Notes: generated by a model from the letters alone, not told the origin. A stretch of 31,960 nt of DNA from a bacterium (GCA_046757525.1 JBHHYI010000031.1:1-31960); one strand, 5' to 3'. Numbered from the stretch's first letter, positions 18,237 through 27,046 are shown. Translations and numbers: made by a program.

Positions 18237-18755
18237 ATGACCAACAACGATCGTGCATTTGCCAAAGCCTTCCTCGACGAGTGCGAGAGGCGGTTGTTCG
18301 AGGAATCGCTGCCCCGGTTAGAAAGGTGTCTCTCCTTGCTCACGCCAGAGGAAATCTGGCACCGGCCCAACGCCGAAACCGTAAGCGTGGGCAACCTGGT
18401 GCTGCACCTGTGCGGCAACGTGCGCCAGTGGATCGTCGCTGCCCTTGGGGGCAAGCCCGACACCCGTGAGCGCGCCAAAGAATTCTCGGAGCCCGGGCCA
18501 ATTCCAACTCAGACGCTTTTACAGCACCTGCGCAGCAGCATGCAACTCGTCAAGGAAGTGCTGCACGATTTAGATCCCAGCACTCTGCTGGAGCAGAGAA
18601 CGGTCCAGGGGTTCGAGGAATCGGGCGTGAGCATTCTGGTGCACGTTGTGGAGCACTTTTCCTACCATGTTGGGCAAATCACCTATTTCGTAAAATCCAA
18701 CAAGGCCATTGACTTGGCCTACTATGGCGGCAAGGATTTGAATCGAACCGGTTGA
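18237..18755 (+). CDS. DinB/DUF1572 family protein
   Basis: SVGNLVLHLCGNVRQWI and HVVEHFSYHVGQI metal-binding His motifs. Confidence 0.9.
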   Translation: MTNNDRAFAKAFLDECERRLFEESLPRLERCLSLLTPEEIWHRPNAETVSVGNLVLHLCGNVRQWIVAALGGKPDTRERAKEFSEPGPIPTQTLLQHLRSSMQLVKEVLHDLDPSTLLEQRTVQGFEESGVSILVHVVEHFSYHVGQITYFVKSNKAIDLAYYGGKDLNRTG

Positions 18756-18870
18756 GGGCGTGAAATCGGTCTTTCTCCAAATCTTTCCGGTGACTTCCTC
18801 ACTGATGGCGGTGACTTCGAACCTGCCCAGACTTTCCCTTTGTTTTACGAACGCCTCCTAACAAAATCTC

Positions 18871-18898
18871 TTGAATTTTTGTTAAAGTTTAGTAAGTT
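18871..18898 (+). promoter_or_regulatory. Putative promoter immediately upstream of cca
   Basis: TTGAAT-16 nt-TAAGTT ending 8 nt before the ATG, with no SD sequence. Confidence 0.35.
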
Positions 18899-18906
18899 AC
18901 TAAACC

Positions 18907-20328
18907 ATGCAGAAACCCATTCACAAAAAAATAATCCGGGCCGTTCAAGGCAACGCCATTCTAAAAAGCATCGGCGATGTTGCTGAACGGAACGGCGTAA
19001 AGGTTTACGCCGTCGGTGGTTTCGTGCGCGACAGTTTGTTGGGTGCGGATGGCAAAGATATCGACTTCGTTGTGGTGGGCGACGGGCCGCGGTTTGCCAA
19101 AGCCGTGGCCAGGCGTCTTGGTGCCCAAAAAGTGACCGTGTACGCCAAATTCGGCACCGCGTTGGTAGAACATTTGGACTACAAGTTGGAGTTCGTCGGC
19201 GCGCGCAAGGAGAGCTATCGCAGCCACTCCAGGAAGCCGGAAGTGGTGCCCGCAGACTTGCCCGCCGATCTGGCCCGGCGCGATTTCACCATCAACGCCA
19301 TGGCCGTGGCTCTGAACCAAAAGAGTTTCGGCCAGCTTTCAGACCCGTTTGGCGGACTTGCTGACCTGGAGCAGAAAGTCATCCGCACGCCCCTGGATCC
19401 GGTCGTGACCTTCAACGACGATCCCTTGCGCATCCTGCGTGCGATTCGCTTTGCTACCCGACTGGCTTTTGCCGTCGACCCGGTCACTCGAGCCGGCATG
19501 CAACAGACGGCCAGCCGCCTCAAAATCGTCTCCGCCGAACGCATCACCGATGAACTGTTGCAGATTCTTGCGGCGCACAAACCGTCCCGTGGCTTCTTGT
19601 TGATGGACGAAACCGGAGTCTTGCCGATCATCCTGCCGGAACTGGTCACGCTAAAAGGCGTCGAGCAAAGAGCAGGATTTCATCACAAGGATGTGTTTTA
19701 TCACACCTTAAAAGTGTTAGACAATGTGGCGGTCAAATCGGACGATCTCGCGCTGCGATTCACCGCCCTGGTGCACGACATCGCCAAGCCGAAGACCAAA
19801 GAATTCAAAGCCGGCAAGGGCTGGACGTTTCACAACCACGAAGAGATCGGGGCCCGCATGCTGCCGGAGCTGGGCCGACGCCTGCGACTGCCCAACGAGA
19901 TGATCAAATACGCGCAAAAGCTCACCCGCCTGCACTTGCGTCCCATCGCCCTGACCGAAGAGGACGTTACCGATTCGGCTTACCGCCGGCTGCTGGTGCA
20001 AGCCGGCACGCATTTGGACGACCTGCTCACCCTGTGCCGCGCCGACATTACGTCCCAAAATCCCAGGCGGGTCAAGCAGCACCTGGCCAACTTCGAGTTC
20101 GTGGTCAAGCGGCTGCAAGAAGTGGAAGCCAAGGACCGCATGAGCGCCTTTCAATCGCCGGTACGCGGCGACGAAATCATGCAAGTCTGTGGCTTGAAAC
20201 CCGGCCCGCTGGTGGGCAAACTCAAGAAGATGATCGAGGAAGCCATTCTGGAAGGCGAGATTCCCAACGAACACGACGCGGCCTTGGCTTATTTGTTGCA
20301 GATCAAGGATGCGGTGCTGAGCGGGTAG
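18907..20328 (+). CDS. cca: CCA tRNA nucleotidyltransferase with HD domain
   Basis: VGGFVRD..DIDF, RKESY, RRDFTINA, DDPLRILRAIRF and HDIAK. It lacks the GRRF poly(A)-polymerase signature. Confidence 0.93.
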   Translation: MQKPIHKKIIRAVQGNAILKSIGDVAERNGVKVYAVGGFVRDSLLGADGKDIDFVVVGDGPRFAKAVARRLGAQKVTVYAKFGTALVEHLDYKLEFVGARKESYRSHSRKPEVVPADLPADLARRDFTINAMAVALNQKSFGQLSDPFGGLADLEQKVIRTPLDPVVTFNDDPLRILRAIRFATRLAFAVDPVTRAGMQQTASRLKIVSAERITDELLQILAAHKPSRGFLLMDETGVLPIILPELVTLKGVEQRAGFHHKDVFYHTLKVLDNVAVKSDDLALRFTALVHDIAKPKTKEFKAGKGWTFHNHEEIGARMLPELGRRLRLPNEMIKYAQKLTRLHLRPIALTEEDVTDSAYRRLLVQAGTHLDDLLTLCRADITSQNPRRVKQHLANFEFVVKRLQEVEAKDRMSAFQSPVRGDEIMQVCGLKPGPLVGKLKKMIEEAILEGEIPNEHDAALAYLLQIKDAVLSG

Positions 20329-20337
20329 AAGTCATAC

Positions 20338-20372
20338 CAGAAACCGACTTTCTCGGAGAAAGTCGGTTTCTG
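20338..20372. repeat. Perfect 17-bp inverted repeat (REP-like or terminator)
   Basis: CAGAAACCGACTTTCTC-G-GAGAAAGTCGGTTTCTG. Confidence 0.85.
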
Positions 20373-20470
20373 AATCACTCGTTCGCGGAATGAAATCATG
20401 GAAGTCTGCGGCTTGCAGCCCGGCCCTAAAGTCAGCCAACTAAAAAAGATGATTGAGGAAGGTGAAATTC
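20373..20470 (+). pseudogene. Diverged duplicate fragment of the cca 3' end (part 1)
   Basis: Reads SLVRG/EIMEVCGLQPGPKVSQLKKMIEE--GEI versus cca SPVRGDEIMQVCGLKPGPLVGKLKKMIEEAILEGEI, with a 1-nt and a 12-nt deletion. Confidence 0.85.
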
Positions 20471-20502
20471 AAAAAAGCGGCGAACGAAGTGGAACAAAAG
20501 TG

Positions 20503-20532
20503 TTTACATTTCAGCACAGGATTTTGTATATT
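20503..20532 (+). promoter_or_regulatory. Putative promoter of the TA-like pair
   Basis: TTTACA-18 nt-TATATT. Confidence 0.4.
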
Positions 20533-20574
20533 TGAAATAACATGACTCTCTTAACAGAAAACAGGTGAATCAGT

Positions 20575-20901
20575 ATGACCCACACATTAGAAATCGATCA
20601 CAGGATATACGAAGCCTTACAGGAATCTTTTGGAGAGAAAGTCCTGAAGGAAAAAATAAATGACATCCTCTTGTCTGCAGTTGAAAGCCGACTGGAAAAA
20701 TATAATCACGAAATTCTCAAATTCGAAGAAAAATATGGGGAATCTTTTGCAGAATTTGAGAAAGGGTGGGATGAGGGCAAGATAAAAGACCCACATAGTT
20801 ATGAAATCGAGTCCGATTTTATTGACTGGGAAATGTTGGAAATGGAAAAGAAAGATTTGATTAAAGCCCTTTCCCAACTTAAAAATGCAATCGATAAATG
20901 A
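20575..20901 (+). CDS. Small acidic antitoxin-like protein
   Basis: AT-rich 108-aa ORF with AGGTG RBS. The FEEKYGxSFxEF...ESDFIDWE pattern is one I associate with small TA partners (e.g. of DUF6516/TumE-type toxins). ATGA-coupled to the next ORF. Confidence 0.7.
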   Translation: MTHTLEIDHRIYEALQESFGEKVLKEKINDILLSAVESRLEKYNHEILKFEEKYGESFAEFEKGWDEGKIKDPHSYEIESDFIDWEMLEMEKKDLIKALSQLKNAIDK

Positions 20902-21056
20902 AGCCGCTTAGTGTAGAAGACTTCTCAGTTGAAGTTGAATCTGCTCTCCAGAGATGCTTTCCTGCCTATGAAATTCAAATACTTTTTCAAGTCAATAACC
21001 CACCCCGAGCCTTGCTAAGGAAGTCAGACAGGTTTCCTTTCATGCCAGGGCGCTAA
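20898..21056 (+). pseudogene. Probably truncated toxin partner (52-codon ORF)
   Basis: ATGA overlap. MKPLSVEDFSVEVESALQRCFPAYEIQILFQ is AT-rich, then the composition changes at ~20991 and a stop follows soon after. Confidence 0.5.
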
Positions 21057-21085
21057 CAGGACCCTGTGTGCTTTCTCCTCGCCGG

Positions 21086-21123
21086 TATGCGACCTTGCAA
21101 TATTTGTTGCAGATCAAGGACAT
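21086..21123 (+). pseudogene. Diverged duplicate fragment of the cca 3' end (part 2)
   Basis: TATTTGTTGCAGATCAAGGA (21101-21120) is identical to 20290-20309. It reads YATLQYLLQIKDI versus DAALAYLLQIKDA. Confidence 0.8.
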
Positions 21124-21237
21124 CTCCCAACCTTGTGCAAAAGAGTTGTGACGTAAGACTCTTCATGAAAGCCTGAGCGATATTGTGTGCTTGTTCCCCT
21201 CAGGAACTTCAAAAGTACAAATCCCGACAACTTTCTC

Positions 21238-21265
21238 TTGACTTTTGATGCAGATGTGGTATATT
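21238..21265 (+). promoter_or_regulatory. Putative sigma70 promoter with extended -10
   Basis: TTGACT-16 nt-TATATT with TG upstream of the -10. Confidence 0.5.
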
Positions 21266-21327
21266 CGTTTTCAAGTTAATTTTGCCGGTCTGCGTACCCA
21301 TTCTCGAAAGTTTGAATCGATTAAGTC

Positions 21328-22227
21328 ATGAGCTACCACGACTTGAGATATCATGAGGTGAGATTTAAAGCCTCCCACAATTCCTTCCAGCGTCGTGAAC
21401 AACCTGTCACTGAGCAGTTGCATTGGGATCCGCACCATCCTTACCAAAAGAGTGGTCGGGGCGTGGAGTTGGATCTGGTGCAGCACAAAAACCGTTGGCG
21501 CTGGCGGGTCAAACACGATCAACCGTATGCCAATCGCTGCATCGTGCGATTCAGGTTTCCTCCTTTCAAGCAAAACAACGGCATGGAACTACGCGACCAT
21601 CTCGAGCAACTCAACAAGTGGTCGGAAGAACATCCGGGGCACGACGTCATCACCGTGCATCTGGATTTGAAGAATGCGCCTCTTTCGCATGAAGAGTTTG
21701 CTGAGCGGCTGGACAGCTACCTGCTGCGCGTCATACCTGAGAACAAGATTTTTGCGCCGGCAGCATTGATGGAAGATGGCAGTGATTTGGTCACCGCGGC
21801 CATGGCGCGCGGCTGGCCTAAGCTGGGCGAGCTTCAGGGTAAGTTCATTTTTTGCCTCACGGGAAAGGATGAGGAGAGGCACGTGGGCGAACGAAAGAAA
21901 CTCTATGCCGACAGCGATGCGAAAAATCGCCTTTGTTTCGTCGATCAATCTATGGGTGACGGCGATGGCGGCCACCGGCCACCGACGGACCAGGGGAACC
22001 GAGTGTTTTTCAATTACAATATTTTCTCTGGCAAGAAAAAGTGGCGAGAGACCATGAAGTGGTTTTCAAGGCAGCATGGATTCGTAACCCGCGGCTATGT
22101 GGCCAACAACAAAAAATTGTGGGAACTTGCTGTTGCGCACGGTGTTAACGTAATTGCCACGGACCGGGTGAGCAACTATGAATGGGCTCGAGTCGGCAAG
22201 CAGCCGTTCGAAAAAATATCGTCTTGA
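21328..22227 (+). CDS. PI-PLC-like phosphodiesterase (Ca2+-dependent PI-PLC-type TIM barrel)
   Basis: LRYHEVRFKASHNS, RGVELDL, WS..HPGH..ITVHLDLK, WPKLGELQGKFIF, GVNVIATD. Confidence 0.82.
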   Translation: MSYHDLRYHEVRFKASHNSFQRREQPVTEQLHWDPHHPYQKSGRGVELDLVQHKNRWRWRVKHDQPYANRCIVRFRFPPFKQNNGMELRDHLEQLNKWSEEHPGHDVITVHLDLKNAPLSHEEFAERLDSYLLRVIPENKIFAPAALMEDGSDLVTAAMARGWPKLGELQGKFIFCLTGKDEERHVGERKKLYADSDAKNRLCFVDQSMGDGDGGHRPPTDQGNRVFFNYNIFSGKKKWRETMKWFSRQHGFVTRGYVANNKKLWELAVAHGVNVIATDRVSNYEWARVGKQPFEKISS

Positions 22228-22235
22228 GGCAGCTC

Positions 22236-23480
22236 ATGAACTTTTACGCTGTTGTCATTCTTGCAACCCTTTTGCTCAGCTACCTGCTGAATCTAATTAC
22301 AGAAATCTTGAACTTAAGAGCGCTGTGCCCGGAATTGCCCGCCGAGTTCGAAGGCGTGTACGAAGCGCAGAAATACAGGAAATCACAGGAGTACACCCGG
22401 GTCACCACGAGACTTGGTTTGATTACGTCCACCTTCAGTCTCCTGCTCACCCTGGTGTTCTGGTTTGCCGGCGGCTTTAACTTTTTAGACGAGATCGTTC
22501 GGGGCCGGGGCTGGAATCCCATTTGGACCGGCCTGGCGTATGTGGGAATTCTGGTGTTGTTGAAAGGCTTGTTGTCGCTACCGTTCAGCATTTATTCCAC
22601 CTTTGTGATCGAAGAACGGTTTGGCTTCAACAAGACCAAGGCAAAGACTTTTATCCTCGATATTGCCAAACTACTCGCTTTGTCCCTGGCCCTGGGGGCG
22701 CCTTTGCTGGCCGGGGTGTTGGCGTTTTTCCAATATGCCGGTAGTTTGGCCTGGCTTTATTGCTGGATGGCAACCACGGCTTTTACCCTGTTTATCCAAT
22801 TCATTGCTCCCAACTGGATCATGCCGTTGTTCAACAAATTCACGCCGCTGCAAAATGAAGAATTGCGGCAAGCTATTTTCAACTACGCCCGGTCTGTGCA
22901 TTTTTCCTTGAAAAACATCTTCGTCATGGACGGCTCCAAACGCTCCACCAAGTCCAATGCGTTTTTCACTGGCTTTGGCAAGAACAAACGCATCGCCCTA
23001 TTCGACACCCTGGTCGACCAACACACGGTGCCGGAGTTGGTTTCTGTGCTGGCCCACGAAATTGGCCACTACAAGAAAAAGCACATCATCAAGGGCCTGC
23101 TCATCAGTATTGCGCACACCGGGCTCATGTTTTTCTTGCTGTCCATTTTCATCAGTCACCGCGGTCTTTTCGAGGCGTTTTATGTCAAGCAGGTCTCGGT
23201 CTACGCCGGGCTCATCTTTTTTGGCCTGCTTTACACCCCGGTTGAATTGATCCTTGCCATTTTCATGCAGATATTTTCTCGTAAGAACGAATACGAAGCC
23301 GACCGTTTCGCGGCAGAGACTACTCGCGATCCGGATTCCATGATCAACGCTTTGAAGAAACTGTCCGTGCACAATTTGAGCAATCTCACGCCACATCCGT
23401 TGTGCGTATTCTTGCATTATTCTCATCCCCCGATCCTGGCACGCATCGACGCCATCCGGGCCCTGGCGGGAGCAAAGTAA
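22236..23480 (+). CDS. M48 family (Ste24/CAAX-like) membrane zinc metallopeptidase
   Basis: IEERFGFNKT, DGSKRSTKSNAFFTG, HEIGH, SRKNEYEAD, YSHPP. Start ATG 22236 after GAGG. Confidence 0.95.
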   Translation: MNFYAVVILATLLLSYLLNLITEILNLRALCPELPAEFEGVYEAQKYRKSQEYTRVTTRLGLITSTFSLLLTLVFWFAGGFNFLDEIVRGRGWNPIWTGLAYVGILVLLKGLLSLPFSIYSTFVIEERFGFNKTKAKTFILDIAKLLALSLALGAPLLAGVLAFFQYAGSLAWLYCWMATTAFTLFIQFIAPNWIMPLFNKFTPLQNEELRQAIFNYARSVHFSLKNIFVMDGSKRSTKSNAFFTGFGKNKRIALFDTLVDQHTVPELVSVLAHEIGHYKKKHIIKGLLISIAHTGLMFFLLSIFISHRGLFEAFYVKQVSVYAGLIFFGLLYTPVELILAIFMQIFSRKNEYEADRFAAETTRDPDSMINALKKLSVHNLSNLTPHPLCVFLHYSHPPILARIDAIRALAGAK

Positions 23481-23489
23481 AGAGGAGCC

Positions 23490-23711
23490 ATGCTTAAGGA
23501 AATCGGCCATTTTTTGATTCACACTCCTGCCACCCTGGCGCTGAAGCGAAAGTGCCCGAGGGCGGAACTGTACGACCTGCTCATGAAACGCAGGACGGAA
23601 ACGCTGTTAGAACAACAAGGTTTTGACCTTAGAGAAGTGCAGCCTTTTAAGGTTTTTGCGCCAGGTCTGCCCGCTTTTCCCATGCGGTGGATCAGGTCCG
23701 TGCCGCTTTGA
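23490..23711 (+). CDS. Small ORF, possibly a gene remnant
   Basis: Good RBS (AAGAGGAG), fills the gap between co-oriented genes. LKEIGHFLIHTP loosely resembles a methyltransferase post-motif segment. Confidence 0.35.
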   Translation: MLKEIGHFLIHTPATLALKRKCPRAELYDLLMKRRTETLLEQQGFDLREVQPFKVFAPGLPAFPMRWIRSVPL

Positions 23712-23773
23712 GACTGCTGTCCCAAAAGTGCGCATTGTTCGGTTGAACCGTAAATAAATAGGAAGGAGAAGAA

Positions 23774-25171
23774 ATGGAAATTAGAGGAGGTCATTACGAC
23801 GCCATAGTCATCGGCGCTGGCCAGGCGGGTGGCCCGCTTTCTACCACGCTGGCACGGGCTGGCTGGCAGACGGCTTTGATCGAACGGGAACACGTGGGCG
23901 GCACCTGTGTGAACGAAGGGTGTACGCCGACCAAGACCATGGTGGCCAGCGCACGCGTGGCCTACTTGACCCGACGGGCCGCTGACTACGGGGTTCGGAC
24001 CGGATCGATTGAGGTAGACATGGAGAAAGTCAGGCAGCGCAAACGGGCCATCGTGGAGATGTTTCGTGGCGGCAGTCAACGCGGCATCGAGCGCACCGAA
24101 GGCGTGGAGCTCATCATGGGTGAAGCTCGCTTCACCGCTGCCAAAGCCGTTGAAGTGCGGCTGAGCGACGGCGGCACTCGGCACCTGAGCGCTGAGAAAA
24201 TTTTCATCAATACGGGGGGGCGTCCTGCCATACCTGAGGTTGCCGGTCTCGAAAAAGTGGCCACGCTTGATTCCACGAGCATCATGGAATTGGATGTGGT
24301 GCCGGAACACCTGCTGGTCCTGGGCGGGGGCTACATTGGCCTGGAGTTTGGGCAAATGTTCCGGCGCTTCGGCGGTGCGGTTACCATCGTACAAAGGGGC
24401 AAACAGCTTCTGGCCCGCGAGGACTCCGACGTGGCCGAAGAGGTAGCCAAAATCTTACGAGAAGATGGCGTGGAAGTGCTGCTGCAAACCCGCGCGGTTG
24501 AAGCGGCGCAGGCGAAAAACGGAGAAATCCATTTGACCGTTCAAAATGCTAAAGGAAAACAAACACTGGCGGGATCGCATTTGCTGGTGGCAGCCGGACG
24601 GGTGCCCAACACCGATGGGCTGAATTTGTCCGCCGCCGGCATCGCCACCGATGAACGCGGTTTCGTGCAAGTGGACGAACGCCTGGAAACCAACGTGGAC
24701 GGGGTGTACGCCCTGGGCGACGTCAAAGGCGGGCCAGCCTTCACCCACATCTCTTACGATGATTTTCGCATCATCCGCACAAACTTGCTGGAACAAGGGC
24801 AGGCCACTCTGAACGATCGCCTGGTGCCTTACACCGTGTTCATCGATCCGCAGTTGGGGCGCGTGGGCTTGTCGGAAACCGAAGCCCGGCAGCGCGGCTT
24901 CAACATCCGGGTCGCCAGGCTGCCCATGGCGCACGTCGCCCGCGCCTTAGAAGTCGATGAAACCCGCGGCTTCATGAAAGCCGTGGTGGACGCCGACACC
25001 AACCAGATTCTCGGCTGTGCCATCCTCGGCATCGAAGGGGGCGAAGTCATGAGCGTGCTGCAAGCTGGCATGATGGGCAAGCTGCCCTACACGGCTTTTC
25101 GGGACGGCGTCTTCGCCCACCCAACCCTGGCGGAATCGCTCAACAATCTGTTCATGGCCCTGGACCGGTGA
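23774..25171 (+). CDS. Pyridine nucleotide-disulfide oxidoreductase, MerA-like ('mercuric reductase' family) lacking the C-terminal CC
   Basis: [39 protein letters not shown]. No NmerA domain and no vicinal Cys pair. Confidence 0.93.
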   Translation: MEIRGGHYDAIVIGAGQAGGPLSTTLARAGWQTALIEREHVGGTCVNEGCTPTKTMVASARVAYLTRRAADYGVRTGSIEVDMEKVRQRKRAIVEMFRGGSQRGIERTEGVELIMGEARFTAAKAVEVRLSDGGTRHLSAEKIFINTGGRPAIPEVAGLEKVATLDSTSIMELDVVPEHLLVLGGGYIGLEFGQMFRRFGGAVTIVQRGKQLLAREDSDVAEEVAKILREDGVEVLLQTRAVEAAQAKNGEIHLTVQNAKGKQTLAGSHLLVAAGRVPNTDGLNLSAAGIATDERGFVQVDERLETNVDGVYALGDVKGGPAFTHISYDDFRIIRTNLLEQGQATLNDRLVPYTVFIDPQLGRVGLSETEARQRGFNIRVARLPMAHVARALEVDETRGFMKAVVDADTNQILGCAILGIEGGEVMSVLQAGMMGKLPYTAFRDGVFAHPTLAESLNNLFMALDR

Positions 25172-25323
25172 CAAAGACTGCGCGGATCAGTTGACTGAAG
25201 TCCTGTTCACCTGGCGCGACAAAGTCGCAACCAAATTCGGTGCGTTTCGGTGACTTCGGCACCGTTCAGTGGAGAGGAAACGAGGAACATTTCTCGAAAG
25301 GTTTTTTCCGTGTGAGTTTTGGA

Positions 25324-25350
25324 TCCGTGTGCATCAGTGTTAATCCGTGG
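25324..25350. repeat. Dispersed 27-nt repeat, inverted copy of 13644-13670
   Basis: Its reverse complement CCACGGATTAACACTGATGCACACGGA matches CCACGGATTCACACTGATGCACACGGA at 26/27 positions. Confidence 0.8.
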
Positions 25351-25415
25351 CTCATTCTTTCTTAATGAGCCTTTTGCCAGCTATGTTTTAACCAAAAGAA
25401 AAGAGAAGCTATCAG

Positions 25416-26447
25416 ATGACGAAAGAACGAAAAAGAGTGCTGTCCTGCATTCAACCGACCTCGGAAATGCACATCGGCAACTACTTCGGTGCCGTGGCCA
25501 ATTGGGTGGCCATGCAGGAGGACTACGACTGCATTTACGGCGTGGTCGATCTGCACGCCATGACCATGCCTTACCAACCGAGGGAGCTGCGCAACAACAC
25601 CGAACGCATGGTCATCGAACTGATGGCATGCGGCATCGACCCGCAAAAATCGATCATTTTCATCCAGTCGCTGGTGCCCGAACACACCGAATTGAGCTGG
25701 ATTTTCAACTGCATCAGCCCGTTCGGCGAACTGACGCGCATGACCCAATTTAAAGACAAACGGGAGATGATTGAAGCCAAAGCCAAACCGGACCAGTTCG
25801 TCTCCACCGGCATTTTTACCTACCCCGTGCTGCAAGCGGCCGACATTCTCATCTATCGGGCCAACTATGTGCCGGTGGGCAAAGACCAGGAACAGCATTT
25901 AGAACTGTCGCGCAACATCGCCGAAAGATTCAACAAATGGTTCGGCGAATATTTTCCGGTGCCAGCGCCAAAATTCACACCGGTGCCCAAAATCATGTCC
26001 ACGGCGGATCCTACGAAGAAGATGAGCAAGAGTCTGGGCGAAAAACACTATATCGGCTTGTTTGAAGATGAGAACAGCCTGAGAAAGAAAATCATGTCTG
26101 CGGTGACCGACGCCGGGCCGGCGACGCTGCCGCCAGGCGTTAGCATGAGCACGGGCACCGAGAACCTCTTCGAAATCCTCAAAGCCTGCGGCAGGGACGA
26201 GCAGGCCACCGCTTTGCTGACCGCTTATAAAGAAAAATCCCTGAAATACGTGGATCTTAAAAATGCCGTGGTAGAGGCGCTCATCGAGCTGACTTCCAGG
26301 CTCAAGGCCAGAAAGGCAGAAATCGAGAGCAACAAGCAGGACCTGTGGAAACAGATCTACGAGATGTCGGCCAAAGCCCGGGAAATTGCCAGCGAAACCA
26401 TGCGCGAAGTGCGAAAACGGGTCGGCTTGCCCCCACACAGTCTTTGA
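25416..26447 (+). CDS. trpS: Tryptophan-tRNA ligase
   Basis: QPT..HIGNYFGA, VDLHA, YPVLQAADIL, VPVGKDQ.QHLE, KMSKS. Confidence 0.97.
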   Translation: MTKERKRVLSCIQPTSEMHIGNYFGAVANWVAMQEDYDCIYGVVDLHAMTMPYQPRELRNNTERMVIELMACGIDPQKSIIFIQSLVPEHTELSWIFNCISPFGELTRMTQFKDKREMIEAKAKPDQFVSTGIFTYPVLQAADILIYRANYVPVGKDQEQHLELSRNIAERFNKWFGEYFPVPAPKFTPVPKIMSTADPTKKMSKSLGEKHYIGLFEDENSLRKKIMSAVTDAGPATLPPGVSMSTGTENLFEILKACGRDEQATALLTAYKEKSLKYVDLKNAVVEALIELTSRLKARKAEIESNKQDLWKQIYEMSAKAREIASETMREVRKRVGLPPHSL

Positions 26448-26481
26448 ACCGACGCAGGACGTTTCCAGATCCCCGCTCATA

Positions 26482-26631
26482 GGCGTCAATTTAAGCCCCA
26501 GACTGTCATTTAGAGTCAGGCGACTGCCTGACTGGTTTGTGCCTAAATCAGACCCCTCGACTACGTCCGGCAACTGCCGGACTCCGCTCGGGGTGACAAT
26601 ATGGTGGTTAGACGCCCCTTAAGTTGACGCC
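26482..26631. mobile_element. 150-bp MITE/REPIN-like element
   Basis: Terminal inverted repeats GGCGTCAATTTAAG / CTTAAGTTGACGCC (13/14) enclose inverted TGTCA...TGACA REP units and two related hairpins. Confidence 0.65.
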
Positions 26632-26776
26632 AAAAGACCCCCGCCGGACAGACCCACTCCGAAATCTCTTGAGTTAATGTTTCTCAGTACCTCATTTCAC
26701 AATTGCGATGACATAAGAATTTAGGTAACAGTTCACCTGCCCGAACGATCCCATAAGAAATGTGAGGTTCCTGTTC

Positions 26777-26854
26777 TGTCATTCCCGCAATCTTTTGAGC
26801 GGGAATCCACAACGGCCTTTCAAATGGATTCCTGCTAAAAACATGCAGGAGTTT
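26777..26854. repeat. Inverted REP doublet of the GTCATTCCCGC...GCGGGAATCCA type
   Basis: TGTCATTCCCGC-N10-GCGGGAATCCA followed by TGGATTCCTGC-N9-GCAGGAGT. Confidence 0.75.
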
Positions 26855-26872
26855 GCGCGATCAAAAAAATAC

Positions 26873-26901
26873 TTGCTTTTTTGTAATAAAACCATTACAC
26901 T
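26873..26901 (+). promoter_or_regulatory. Putative promoter of the molybdoenzyme operon
   Basis: TTGCTT-17 nt-TACACT. Confidence 0.55.
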
Positions 26902-27046
26902 CAAAGGTAAGTTGGTTTCTCAACGGCTACCTCTTATTCACCGATTTGACAGCCTGGAACTGGCCATGCCGATCAGTCAAACTCTCCATTTCTAAACCAG
27001 CTACTCACGTTCTTTCCTCCGGGTTTCAAACTTAAGGAGTTCTTCA

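Noticed and set aside
22182..22235. Upstream extension of the M48 ORF
   Set aside because: It overlaps the PI-PLC gene. ATG 22236 has an RBS and starts at the first TM helix.
23519..24394. 291-aa minus-strand ORF
   Set aside because: Antisense shadow of the flavoprotein reductase.
25172..25415. Possible T-box or attenuator upstream of trpS
   Set aside because: No T-box GGTGGNACCGCG motif and no Trp-codon leader peptide. The region is explained by short repeats.
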